Of a stretch of DNA of 64,000 nucleotides, positions 1-12,900 are shown piece after piece. The stretch covers positions 1,307-65,306 of the forward strand of contig DZBU01000001.1 of assembly GCA_022730015.1 (NCBI GenBank). The letters run 5' to 3'. Numbering within the stretch: position 1 is the stretch's first letter; each line of letters begins with the position of its first letter. The stretch comes from Candidatus Elulimicrobium sp. (GTDB taxonomy: Bacteria > Patescibacteriota > Minisyncoccia > Phycocordibacterales > UBA918). The position numbers and the translations under genes are program-made. A model generated the notes under the pieces. That model had not been told where the DNA came from. It was given only the letters and a program-made list of their open reading frames with translations, and did no database searches.

Positions 1-1
1 T

Positions 2-760
2 GAAGAGTTTACCGTCTCGGCCGAGACCATTAAGGATGGGCTTCAGTATGTGAGCGTTAGCTTCAAAAATCAGGTTGGTTGGGGAGCGGTCACCAATCGT
101 AAGCTCAAGATTGACACCACTGCACCAGAACCGTTTGCTATCAATGTGCAAGCAGGCAATTCTCCAACTTCATTCCCGCTTCTACGGTTTGAGGCAAAGG
201 ATCTTACTTCTGGAATCGAATACTACGAGATGACGATCGCGGACAAAGAACCGCTTCGCATCACTCCAGACGAGGCACGACTTGGGTACATGCTTAAGGA
301 GCTTGAAGATGGTACCTACACGGTGAAGGTGGTTGCGACTGATATGGCTGGTAATGTTCGAGAGAGTAGTGTTGCGGTTTTGATCACTGCTGGTTGGGTT
401 AAGCCGATTGAAGTAGTAGAGGAAAGTTCATTCTGGGATTTTCTTACTCCGATCAACCTCTTCATCTTCTTCTTGATCGTCATTATTCTGCTTCAGGTTA
501 TATACTTCTGGTACGAGCACAAGGCACTCAAGGAACGAGAAGAGAAGCTTCGTCGAGAGATACGTGAGATTCAAGACCAGATGGAAAAGATCTTCTCGGC
601 ACTTCGGGATGAGATCTACGACCAGATCAATATGATCACTAAGCGCAAGCGACTATCAGCCAAAGAAAAAGAAGCGGTTGAGGCGCTCACGCAAGCACTC
701 GAAGTCTCAGAAACACTCATCGAGAAGGAAATCAATGATGTGAAGACTGTACTAAAATAA
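2..760 (+). CDS. 5'-truncated membrane-anchored Ig-like surface protein, paralog of the cohesin protein at 28320-30080
   Basis: Frame is open from position 2 (EEFTVSAETIKDGLQYVSVSFKNQVGWG), matching PEGVSYFHIQFKNDEGWG in 28320. It has a C-terminal TM helix and a coiled coil ending IEKEINDV, like VEKEIKDI in the paralog. Confidence 0.8.
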   Translation, partial: EEFTVSAETIKDGLQYVSVSFKNQVGWGAVTNRKLKIDTTAPEPFAINVQAGNSPTSFPLLRFEAKDLTSGIEYYEMTIADKEPLRITPDEARLGYMLKELEDGTYTVKVVATDMAGNVRESSVAVLITAGWVKPIEVVEESSFWDFLTPINLFIFFLIVIILLQVIYFWYEHKALKEREEKLRREIREIQDQMEKIFSALRDEIYDQINMITKRKRLSAKEKEAVEALTQALEVSETLIEKEINDVKTVLK

Positions 761-790
761 GGTTTTGTTACGGCGTCTGCTCCGCGAGTG

Positions 791-799
791 TGCTAGAAT
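791..799 (+). promoter_or_regulatory. Extended -10 promoter (TGnTAGAAT) upstream of the giant gene
   Basis: TGCTAGAAT in the 761-933 intergenic region. Confidence 0.5.
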
Positions 800-866
800 A
801 CATTGACCAACTCAATAACTAGTAGGGGAGTCATATTTACGGAGTGATTTCCACAGTAGCAAGGTA

Positions 867-899
867 ATACCGCGCGTTCCCGAAGGGAACGCGCGGTAT
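867..899. repeat. Perfect 15-bp inverted repeat hairpin (terminator, attenuator or RNA stem)
   Basis: ATACCGCGCGTTCCC-GAA-GGGAACGCGCGGTAT, with no long U-tract. Confidence 0.8.
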
Positions 900-933
900 A
901 CTTATACTGCACCTCATTATACCTGCATGGTAT

Positions 934-3900
934 TTGGTGCATTGTGTAGTGAAGAAAAAACATCCTTACAACACAAACGGAAACAGAATAATAACGATAT
1001 TTAAGGCGCCAAAATGGATATTGCAGCGTTTTTCTAGTGCCACGTATGTACTATTTTTGATATTTACCCTGTTGGTATTTACCCATGCTGAAACCGCTTT
1101 TTCTAAACGACCGCTCGAGATAACATTTGGCACTCAGCAAACTCTCAATTTATTCCCAACTCAGGTTAATACCACTGATTGGGCTGGTATTGAAAACGTG
1201 CTTATCCAAGACCTTACTGACACAGCGTTGTATCAAGATTTTGGTGCTCGTACCTCAGCATACGTACCACAAGAAAAGTTGATCATTCCGAGCTCAGCGG
1301 GAGTGCCTACTGAGTATGTTCCGGTAATCGAAGGCGCGACGGCATCGTCTGTCGTAGACGGTCAGGCTGTTCCTGAGGAGGGCGGGGCTGGTGTCATAGG
1401 AAGTCAACCTGAAGTAGTGGCTCCGATCGAACCTACTCCAGAACAACTACCAGTAGAGACACAAGTTTCACCAGAACCAGGAGCAGTCTTAGAACCACCA
1501 GCAAATGAAAGTGTTGTTGAGCCAGTATCGATGATCGAGCCGAGCTCGACAGCCGTTTTCGCACCAGCCTGGGGACTGTTTCCGCTAGCGCAATTATCAG
1601 TCGTGACTTCAACAGAGACTGCCGCTCAAGATATTGTGGATGTCGCAGCGCCTACCGAAACAGCACAAACACCTGATACAGCTATCGTTGAAGACCTCTC
1701 TCAGCCGATCAGTGGCGTCGAGCAGGTGGTGGGGGTCGTATCGACTTCATCTGAAAGCGCGGCACCAGAACAATCATCTGCTGAAACTACGGTTACTGAA
1801 GGATCTGTTGTACCGCTAGCAACGCCAGCTGCCGCTACTGTAGAAACAGAAGTTCACGAGATCACTCTTTCAAATTTTGGTAGTGCACCACTTGAGCCTG
1901 GTCAGTTTGTTAACGGTATGCGTTTGACTCTTTCACTCGCTGCGCAGCTTGAGCAGCCGGCATCGGGAAGAATTCCGTACATTGAAGTATTGTATGGTGC
2001 TTCAAGTACACCCGAAGTGGTTGGTATGATCTTGCTCGAGGACGAGGTTTCAAATGCACTCAATGGCGGATACTTTTTCTTTGCGTTGCCGACTGTCTCA
2101 GATGTCTCGGAACTAGCAGATAAGACAGTCACCTTGCGCTACCATGGTGCGCACGATGACCTTGACGGCATGTTCCTTGATGCGGTTTGGCTTGAGATCG
2201 ATACTCGCACTGTTACCAAAGAAGACCTTCGTGCTCGTGGAATTGCCGGAGCGCTTGCAGAGTTACAACTTCCTTCAGTTACTACGCTCATTAGTGAAAA
2301 ATCAAATTTCCGTCGCGACGAGAATCCGATTTTCAACCTTCGCTATAATTCTCAGCGTAATTTCATCGTCCGCGGCCTGCGTCATATGTTTGGTCGAGAG
2401 CTGGTGTCGGTGGAATCAGTTGAGGTGCGTCATCGGTCGTTTGGATCGCTCGGCATCGAGCCAGAACTCACTGTTACCAAAGACGGTCTTTTGACCATCG
2501 AAATTCCTGATGCTTCGCTCAAAAACATGCGTCCAGGAGCATACGAGATCACTCTTACACTCAACGAGGGAGGACGAGAATTCACTGACACTTTTGATTT
2601 CCAGTGGGGAATCTTGACCATGAACCCGAATAAGTCTGAGTACCAAACGGGAGAGACGGCACATATTTCAATCGGAGCGTTGACGCCAAATGGTCATACG
2701 ATCTGTGAAGCGGCTCTCGATCTCTATGTGACCGACCCGACAGGGATAATCTCTCGCTACGCTGTGAATCCATCGGGTCAGTGTAACGGTAACAATGTGG
2801 TCGATGTGCCTGATTTCAGTGCACTGGTACCGGTAGTTGAACCTGGTGTTTATGAATTATACCTAGAGCGTCTAGATGATGCTGGTGCGGTGCTTGGTTT
2901 TACTACTGATACATTTAACTCTGTTACAAATCAAGAGTTGTCAATCGAGCGCACTGGTCCAACTCGTATCTATCCACCAGCACCGTATCCGATGACGTTG
3001 ACCGTTTCAACGACTAAATCATTTATCGGTACACTCACTGAAACCGTACCAGCTAGCTTTGGTATTTATGATACTGACGCGTACATTGTTTCAGACGGTG
3101 TGTGGCAGACACTGACCTGGGATCTTTCTATCCTCGGCGCTGGTAAGGAGAGTGTGAGCTATCGCTTTGATGCCCCAGACATTTCACCGTATCTATTTAC
3201 ACTCGGTCCGGCACGACTCGATACTGAGAGAGTTGCTCCAGCCGACATACCAAACGCCTCGACTTCGGCTACAAGCTCACCAGGGATTTCTTCTCCAGGT
3301 ACGAACGTATTCATCGAACATCGCCGCTGGCAGATCGCTTCTGACGCGGTAGGTAAGATGTTGCTTTTCTGGCCAGACGGAGCGACCGTACCGGCCGGTT
3401 GGCTGTGTGTGTCGTGTACTTCTGGCGAGCCATTCTTCCAGCGTTTTGTCATGGGTAGCTCAACCTACAATACTACTGGTGGTGCAGCTACACATACTCA
3501 TACTGCAACTGGCTCGGTGCTTGCTACTTCAGACATCACAACTGAAAACACGGGATCAGGTGTAATCGCAATCGGTACGCACACCCATACGTATACTCCT
3601 ACGATTAGTGCCGTTTCTAATTTGCCAGCATACCGACAGTTACGAGTGATCCGCTACGATGCTGCAGCAGGGGAACCACCAACTATTCCAGCCGGCGCGA
3701 TTGGCGTCTTTGATGTTGCCTCTTCCTCGCTACCAAGTGGCTGGAATCGTTATGCAGCGCAAGATGGTCGGTACATTTATGGTGAAAACACGCCAGGTAC
3801 AACTGGAGGATCAAATACTCATACTCACACCATTACTGGTACAGTCGATGCTGCTTCAGGAGGAAGCTACCAGAGTCGCGGCCCTGACGCTGCGAACGGT

Positions 3901-6900
3901 TCATCGCCAACTCATACGCACACGGTGAGTAGTAGTACGGGCAGTGTTTCAAACGAACCACCATACATAGAGGTTTTGCTTGGACAGATCACTAGTGATG
4001 CAGTGCCGCCAAACGGTCTCATTGCTATGTGGGATGAGGCAGTCGATAGTGGTTGGCTAGATGTTTCTTCTGGTCCTACTGATCCATTCAATCAACGTTT
4101 TCTTAAAGCCTCGACCACATATGGCGGCACCAACGACACTCGTTCACATGCGCACAGTAATGTGACGGGACTCACGTCGTCTGTACCGAGTGTTACTGTC
4201 ACTACGGCTCGTGCTGGCTCGGGTGGTGCAAGTGATGTGCACACGCACTCCGTTTCGGTTACTGATTTTTCTATCAGTGATCATCTACCACCGTATCTCA
4301 CGGTAGTCTTTGGGAAACGACAAGGAAATGATCCTGTGTATCAGCAAGTGTCTTCACGTTGGTATACCAACACCAACGCAGAGACACCAACTGATGCGTG
4401 GCCAAGTGGCGCACTTAATCTTATTGAACGTGAGCCGATCACTGCAACGAGTACTCCGGTCAAGGATGGGGATGAAGTTCGATTACGTCTTAATGTTGGG
4501 GTGTTAAATGCGACCTCGACGGTTGGCAGTAGTTTTAAATTGCAGTACGCAGCAGCTGCGGTGTGTAGCACGGCAACTGGCTGGGCAGATGTTGGTGATA
4601 CGGCTTCAACGACTCTGTGGCGTGGCTATAACAATACCTCGGTAAATGATCATGTGACACTGTCGACTTTACTCTTGAGTTCTTCAACAGTTACCGCAAC
4701 GTATGAAGAAAATGGATACGCGACCAGTACCCCAAACAATATTCCTGTCGCTGGGTATGGTGAGTGGGATTTTGTCTTGCAGCAAAATGGCGCACTAGCG
4801 GGCACTAACTACTGTTTCCGTTTAGTAGAGAATGATGGAACAGCTTTCCTTTCCTATACACATTATCCGCAGCTTTACACCAACGAAGCGCCGGCTGCTC
4901 CAGCGCTCCAAAAATTATTTGATAACGAAAAAACGGCTTCTACCACCCCATGGTTCTACTTCCTTGCGACTGATGCTGAGGGTGAGAAGGTGCATTACGA
5001 GATTGAGATTGATAATGATTTTACCTTTGCTTCACCGGTTATTGATCGTAATACCATTTCTAATTCTGCAGAGTTTGAAAACCAAGTTCTCATTTCTGAT
5101 AAGGCACCGTTTAGACAAGGTGAGTTGATTGAATTTATCCCTACCACCGCACTCAGTAACGGCACGACATACTATTGGCGTGTACGTGGCCAAGATCCAG
5201 AAGGGTCAGCTGATTGGGGTGAGTGGTCGACTATTCGAAGCTTTACTATCGATAATACTCTCGACGCGAGCGCTTGGTACCAGACTCAAGATGAACAGTT
5301 TGATACAAATATACTTGCTGGCGTACAGACAGGAAGCGATCAGATGGTGCTTATCAGTGGTTCTTCAACTGGTTCGATGATCAGTACACCGATTGATTTC
5401 ACTGATGGTGATCGTGGTACTGCGTGGGATAGCTTAGTGTTTGCTGATACGGAAACCACTGGCTCGATCTCATACCAAATTCAGTATCTCGATAACACAA
5501 GTACGTGGACACTCGTTCCAGAGAGTGCGCTCCCAGGAAACGGTACTGGCTTCGGCACATCACCGGTGTCACTGCTTGGACTTGATGTCGGAGTATACTC
5601 ACAGTTGCGCATTATCGCGAACTTCACCAATACTGGCGGTTCACCATCACTACAAGATTGGACGCTATATTGGGGTTATCGAGTAGAGACTCCGATCATT
5701 GCAAAGCTTTTCCCGAATGAGCAAGTGGGTACTACCACGCCATCATTTGAATTCAGAACCAGTGATCCGCAAAGTGACAGTTTGACCTACCAAATACAAT
5801 GGTCGCTAACCCCAGATTTCGCAGCATCAACGACTCGCTCATCTGATGTTGATCTTGGTTTTTCAAATATTGATGCTGGTGCTGATCTTGACCCGTTTAA
5901 TTCGGATGACAGTATCCAATTTACACTTCAGTCTGCTGACGCGCTGACGGGTACGACTACCTACTGGTGGCGAGTACGCGCTAAGGACACGACCGGTGAT
6001 AACGCGTGGTCATTTTGGACAGATGCACAAAGCTTTACTGTCATTCCAGGTACTGAGGTCTCTACTTGGTTCCAAACTACCGAGGAGCAATTTGCCAGTA
6101 ACATTCTCTCTGGAACGATTGCTCTGGCCTCTGACGCGGTGTCAGTAGCTACTACCGCAAGTGAAGCGATGATCGTCTATGGTGAAGGAACCGAAACAGC
6201 GCCACGATACAGACAATGGGACGGTACGAATTTGAGTACGGAAAGCACGCTTCTCGATATTGGTGCGCCAACCAGATGGGCAGTCGTACGAGCTGCCACT
6301 ACTCGGGAAGAATATGTAGCAGCAACTGTAGGAACAGATGCTGACGTGAATGTCCAAGTGTTTGCCACTGGGGAATGGGGAAATCAGGTAGAACTGACAA
6401 CAAATGTTGGAAGTGTTGCTGCTCGTGGGATTGATGTCGCGTACGAGACAACTTCTGGTGATGCTTTGGTCGTCTACTGCGACGGAGATGCTGATCCTAG
6501 CTATTATCTATGGGACGGAACAAGTTGGACAAGTGGTGGCACCATTAATCTCGCGTCTACAAATAATTGTGAATGGATTAAACTAGCTTCAGATCCGGTT
6601 TCTAACGAGATCATCCTAATGGCCCGTGATTCAGATGGTACTGTAGCTACTTCCTATGAGTTACAAGTTTGGAACGGATCTGCGTGGGGTAACTCTACAA
6701 CGCAGGGTGGTGCACGAAACAGCGCGTACGAAACCATGGCGCTTGGCTATGAAGCTAGTGGCGGTCAGGCGCTCTCAGTTTCTGGCGATGGTAACCCAAT
6801 ACGATTTGAATATAACAGTTGGAACGGTACCGCTTGGGCCGGTCTTACTACGAATACTACGATTACGGATAACCTGATCTGGGCTGAATTGAGCAATGAT

Positions 6901-9900
6901 GATGGTACCGATAATATGGCGATGTGTTACGTCAACGAATCAACAAATATTGGAGCGATCCGTTGGAACGGTACTGCATGGACGGGACAAACTAATCTTG
7001 ATACGGCTGGCAATTCTATTGCAGATCGCTCAGTTTCTTGTGTCTATGAAACTACAGCTGGTCGTGATGGTAACCTGCTTGCTGTCTATAGCGACACAAC
7101 TAATGCCCGTTACCAGGTTTGGAATGGCACGACATGGTCAGCTGAGGCATCAATTGGTACGATTACAAGTGTGTCCACTATTCAGGCGATTCGAACGGGA
7201 GCAGGTAGTGTCCTTGGTCTATTTTACGATGATGTAAATGATCGTATCGACTTTTCAGCTTGGAACGGTACGACATGGAGTACAGCAGCAACGATCGAGG
7301 CAAATGGTTCAGTTGATGCGGCGCCATATGGACAACCATTCTTTGCTGCACCACGCAACGATGGTACTGAAGGTACCACCATTGTTAGCCCAGGTGTGGA
7401 TTTCAACGCCGGAGTAGGACCATACTGGAAGACATTCTCATGGAACGATACTGTGCCGGGAACAAGTCAAATTCTATATCATTTGCAGTATCAGACGGCG
7501 ACGGGCAGCTGGGCATTTATTCAGAATGCTGCCTTGCCGGGTAACGAAGTAGGAACGACGACTGGCCCGTTCGATCTTTCTGCTCTCGATACAAATACAT
7601 ACAATGTTATTCGACCGTATGCTGAACTTTCTTGTGACGGATCAGGAAACTGTCCTTCGATTGAAGATTGGAAGATCGAGTGGGCGGGTGGTATTACTAT
7701 TTCAGGTGCCATCCAAGGATATGACCAATCAACAAACGTAACGAGCGGTACCGTCGCTGTGTCGGTCAATGGTGTTTTACAAACTGGAAAGACAGGTGCT
7801 GTTAGTGGCGGTACATGGAGCATTAGTAACGTTACGGTATTCCCTGGGGATGTGGTTTCAGTTTTTGTTACCGCAGCAGCGGATTCGAATGAAGCAGTGG
7901 CAATCGCTCGGTACGATGGGCAAGGAGATATGGATGGTTTGGTTTTGTACGAACGACATCTCACGCTTGGCTCGAATGATGCGACAACCACACCATTCAC
8001 GAATGCTGACATTGGACTCTATGATTCCACAAACACGGAAGACGTATTTTTTGCTGTAACTACTGATACGCTTTCGGTCTGTGCTGCTGGTGACTGTACT
8101 GATGCTGAGTTGTTTATCAAATCGGGAGCATACTACACTCCGGGAGGACGTATCGTAACGCATGATTTTGAAAATAACGGTACTTTCACTGCCGGCTCAT
8201 TCACGCACGAAATAAATGGATCTTGGGACAATAATGCGACAACGACCATGACTGGTTCAGCTGTTGTCTTTGCTGCCACTAGTACAACCGAGACGATTGA
8301 TAGTACTGGGGCGGTAAGTGCAAGTTTCAACAATACTACCTTTGGTACTACGACGGGAAGTGGAGTATGGAATCTCCCTTCCGAACTAGATGTAAACGGC
8401 AATCTAACTGTGTCCCTCGGTACGTTGGCGCGCGGTTCAACTAGCATCACGATAGGTGGCAATTTGGTCACTGGCGCCAATGGATATTGGACCGGCATTG
8501 GCACTACGACTTTTGATGGTGGCACGGCTGCAACGTGGAATGATCAAAACACAACAAAACAAAATGTCGGGCGGGTGGTAATAGATGGTACTAGCAAGGC
8601 AGTCAGTTTGGCTGGCAATGTCGCGACTGAGTCTGTGACCATTGGTACCAATGACACCTTTGATGCTTCGACGGGTAGCTATGACATCATGGTCTATGAC
8701 AGTTGGCTCAATCAAAACAATTTCGTAGCACGTAGTGGTGAAGTTATCTTTGCCGCAACTTCTAGTGGTAAGACCATCACGACAACAGGAGATGCGTTCT
8801 ATGACTTGTCCTTCACTGGTGTAGGTGGCGGTTGGTCGTTCACCGAGTCGACGTTACTGGTGAATAATGATCTCACTATTGCGACCGGAACAGTGACATT
8901 ACCAACCGCCACCACAACTATTGCTGGATCATTCAATGCAACTGGTGGTTCGTTTGCACATAATAATGGAACGCTGTACTTCACTTCGGCGGCGGCAGAA
9001 ACAATCACCTTCAATGGCGGTTTATTCACCAACGTCGCCCACGATCTCACTTTTAATGGTGGTGGTAGCTGGACCGTGAATGATACTAATGCTACGAGCA
9101 CTAACGATGTACGGGTGACTCAAGGTACGCTTAATTTCCCGACTGGCGTCTTCGCAATCGGCGGTACGCTGGTAGATGGTGGTGGTGTGTACACAGGCGG
9201 TGTAGGAACGGTACTTTTTTACAGCAGTGCAGCTGAGGTGCTTACTCCTGGTGGTTCGAGTTTTAATAATGTCACGTTTGCTGGCTCCGGTTCCTGGTCG
9301 TTCTCAGACTCAAACGTAGATGCAAATGGTGATTTGGTGGTACAGCAAGGAATACTCACTTTGCCAAATGGCGCCTTTACCTTGGGTGGCTCATATGACA
9401 ACAATGCAACGGTTGTACCTGGTACTGGGGTGCTCACCTTTGATGCGGCGGGTACCGGTAGGACTGTCGATTTTGGTGCCTCGAGCTTGTATGACGTTGA
9501 CTTTAATAGTGCGACTGGTGGTTGGACCGTCACCGCACCAGCTACGACAACACGCAATTTCTCTCTCACAAATACCGATACATGGACACTTGCGAGCGGA
9601 CAAGTGCTTTCAGTTGCCGGTACGTTTAGTAATAGCGTGGGTGGTGCCTCTACTACCTGGACTGGTTCGGCACTCAGTCTAGAAGCTGGAAGCTATAGTC
9701 TCAATACCAAGACTAACAATGGAGACACTTACGAGACAGTGAGAATTGCAGCCGGCACAAACATAGCGATGTGGAATTCATCAGCTGCATCATATACGGT
9801 TGACGCTGCTGGCTCACTTTACTCACAAGACCATGCTGGAATCGATGGTGACCTATACATCTTTGGAGCGTATACAAGAGGTAGTGGCACAGAGTATTGG

Positions 9901-12900
9901 AGTTACACTCAAGACTTCGATGGCGCTAGTCTTTCTGGAAGTGAGCGTCAAGTTGATGTTCGCTTTGCCTCTGGTGCGAGTGCGACTTTTTCTGGGGCAA
10001 CAGTTGAAGTAATCGGAACAAGTACTGCTTCTACAACGATCGCCAACCAGGGCGCTGGTACTTACGCTGTAAATGTTAGTGGAGGCACAACAACGGCGCA
10101 GTATTATGAGTTCGCTGATCTTGGTTTAACTGGTGTAACTCTTAGTAATGCGGTACAAGTTTCTGAGCTCAGTGACGGTTCCTATACGGTTGCTGCTCCA
10201 GGGGGCACAGCACTCACGCTTTCTTCAACAACCATCGATGCGAACCCAGGCAAGCAGATATTTAACGTTACTTTTGCTACGACAACAGTTATTACGGCAA
10301 CAAACGTCACCCAAAATGATGGAGTACCGTCTTCGTTCTGGTGGTTCCGTGATGGCTACGGAAATCTCTACGGCGAGGGGTACGACAATGATACTGGCGA
10401 TCCTGGTTCAGTGCGCTTTGATGATAGTTCACTGGTGATCACTATTGTTGGTACGGTGTACAGTGATGCGGGAACGACACCTATTGTCGGTGGTACTTGT
10501 GACGGAATCACTCCGGTAGTACGAGTAATGGTTGGTGGAGTGCTTGCTACAACAACCAGCTGTAGTAATGTCGATGGTTCATACACAGCCTCTGGTGTGG
10601 TAGTGATTGGTGATCCAACTGTTACTGTTTTCCTCAATGACGCTTCGGGTGGACAAAAGGGAAGTACAATCACTCGGACACCAACTGGAGACATCCTCGA
10701 TATGGATATTTACACCAATCGTGTAATCGTTCGTAATGAAGATATTGATGCACTAACCATTGGAAACTTGGCTGCATATGATAGTAGTGATGATGCTGAC
10801 TTACGCTTCAGTGCGGCAACCTCTACTAGTGTTGATAGTTTGAATGTGTTTGCTGGCAATGAGCTCTTTGTCTTTGCTTCGTCGACTTTTACACCAGGTG
10901 GGGTAGTGACGCTCGCGGCGAATACGGCCGCCAATAGTTACGATGGTACGTTGTATCTAGCTGGTGATGCGACGTTCAACGCACACAGTACCTCGACCGT
11001 AACGATTGGCGGCCGCCTCGAACTCGAAGCTGGTGCGGTCTTCAATGCCGCGAGCACGACCGTACTTATGAACGCCACAACGTCTGGCAAGAGTATCACT
11101 GCACCGAGTGAGATTATGTTCAATGAGCTCGTCTTCAATGGGGTGAGTGGCGGTTGGAATCTAGGGGCTGACATTCGCGTGAATGGTGATATGACCATCA
11201 CAGCTGGTACGGTCACTGGTACTGGTGATATCTATCTGCCAAACGGTTCGCTCTACGGTAATGGTGTGCTTTCACTTGGTGCTGGTACAACCACGCTCGC
11301 GGCCGCTAATTCACTTGGTGGCAATAGTGCTTGGACCTTCTATGATCTTGAACTTGGAGACACGCTCCAGGTCGGTACTACCACACCACTTTTCACTAGT
11401 ACCACCACCGTCTCTGGTCGTCTTACTATCAATGCTGCTCATTATCTTGATGCTGGTAATACAAGTTGGGATCTCTCTGGAGCCGGCATCGTCTTTGTAG
11501 AGAATGGCACTTTTATCGAAGATACCAGCACGATCCGCTACAGTGGCGCCGGCGCCAGTGTGCTCGCTACTCAATATTACAACTTAGACATCAACGCTGG
11601 TGCCAGCTCACAAACCTACATCGCGACTGGTCTTGGACTTATCGTCGATAATGATCTCACGATTGGTGGTGACGCCGCATCAACATTCGATCTCGCTACC
11701 AACGATCCGCTGCTCGATGTCAATGGTGATGTGATCATTCACAGTAATGGCACTTTGGCTGCAAGCGATACGGGCACGTTCACCATTGCGGGGAGTTATG
11801 ATAATAATGGTGTTTTTACCAGTAACTCTGGAACAACTACTTTCGATGGTTCAGGTGCAACCACAATCGCTGCGGGAAGTAGCAGTTTTGGTTCGGTGCT
11901 TGTCAATGGGACTGGCAACGTGACCGTGAGTGAGCATGCAACGGCAACCAGCAACTTCACGTTAAATGCCGCCAATACCTTCACAGTCTCGAGTGGTCAG
12001 TCACTCGCGATCGGCACAAAATTCTTTAATGCGATTGGTGGTGCAGCGACCACTTGGACTGATTCGACCCTTCGTCTTTACGGTGGTGGTAACTACAGTA
12101 TCAATGTCGCAACTACCAGCGACACGTACGCTACGCTAGATATTGAAGGCACGACGCAGATACGCATGTGGAATTCTGATGCTGCTACCTACGATGTTGC
12201 TTCAACCGGTTCGCTGTACTCACAAGACCATGCCAGTGTTGATGGTGATCTGTATATCTGGGGTGCGTACAACCAAACTAATGCCAACGATTACTGGAGC
12301 TATGTGACTGACTTCGATGGTGCCGCACTAGGCAGCCCACGCAAGGTCGATGTGTACCTTGCCTCGGGTGCGAGTGTGACCGTGACTGGTGGCACCTTTG
12401 CAGTATTCGGCGGCACCACGGCATCAACAACAATCCAGAATCAGGGTTCTGGCTCATATGGAATCGTTGTTGGTGGCAATGCGTCGTCTTCGTTTGAATA
12501 TGCAGAGACGCGTGATATGAACAGCGCTGGCCTTACTTTTACTGGCGGAGCCAAGGTCAACAAACTCTCCTACAATGATTTTTCTGTTTCGCAAAACGGC
12601 GGCACCACAATTATGATCGGTGGCACTGTCATCACTGCCAATCCAGCTAAAAACTTTACTAATAATCGGTTTTGGCTTGATGGTGTTGGTAGCGGCTTCA
12701 ACGTGACAGCGACGGGTACTAGCGTCAGTTCATGGCGTTTCGTGAATCATTACGGTGACATTGACGGTGAGTCATTTGATGTAGATCCAAACGGCGACCC
12801 AGGCTACGTCGCGTGGGATAATTCTGCCGCTCTTATCACCATTTCAGGTAATGTGTACAGCGACGAGGGTTCGACTGTTTCGGGCGTTTGTGACGGAACG

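Noticed and set aside
3358-4320. Prophage remnant suggested by tail-fibre-like sequence
   Set aside because: The region is in frame within a cellular exported protein. No capsid, terminase, integrase or other phage gene is in the window.
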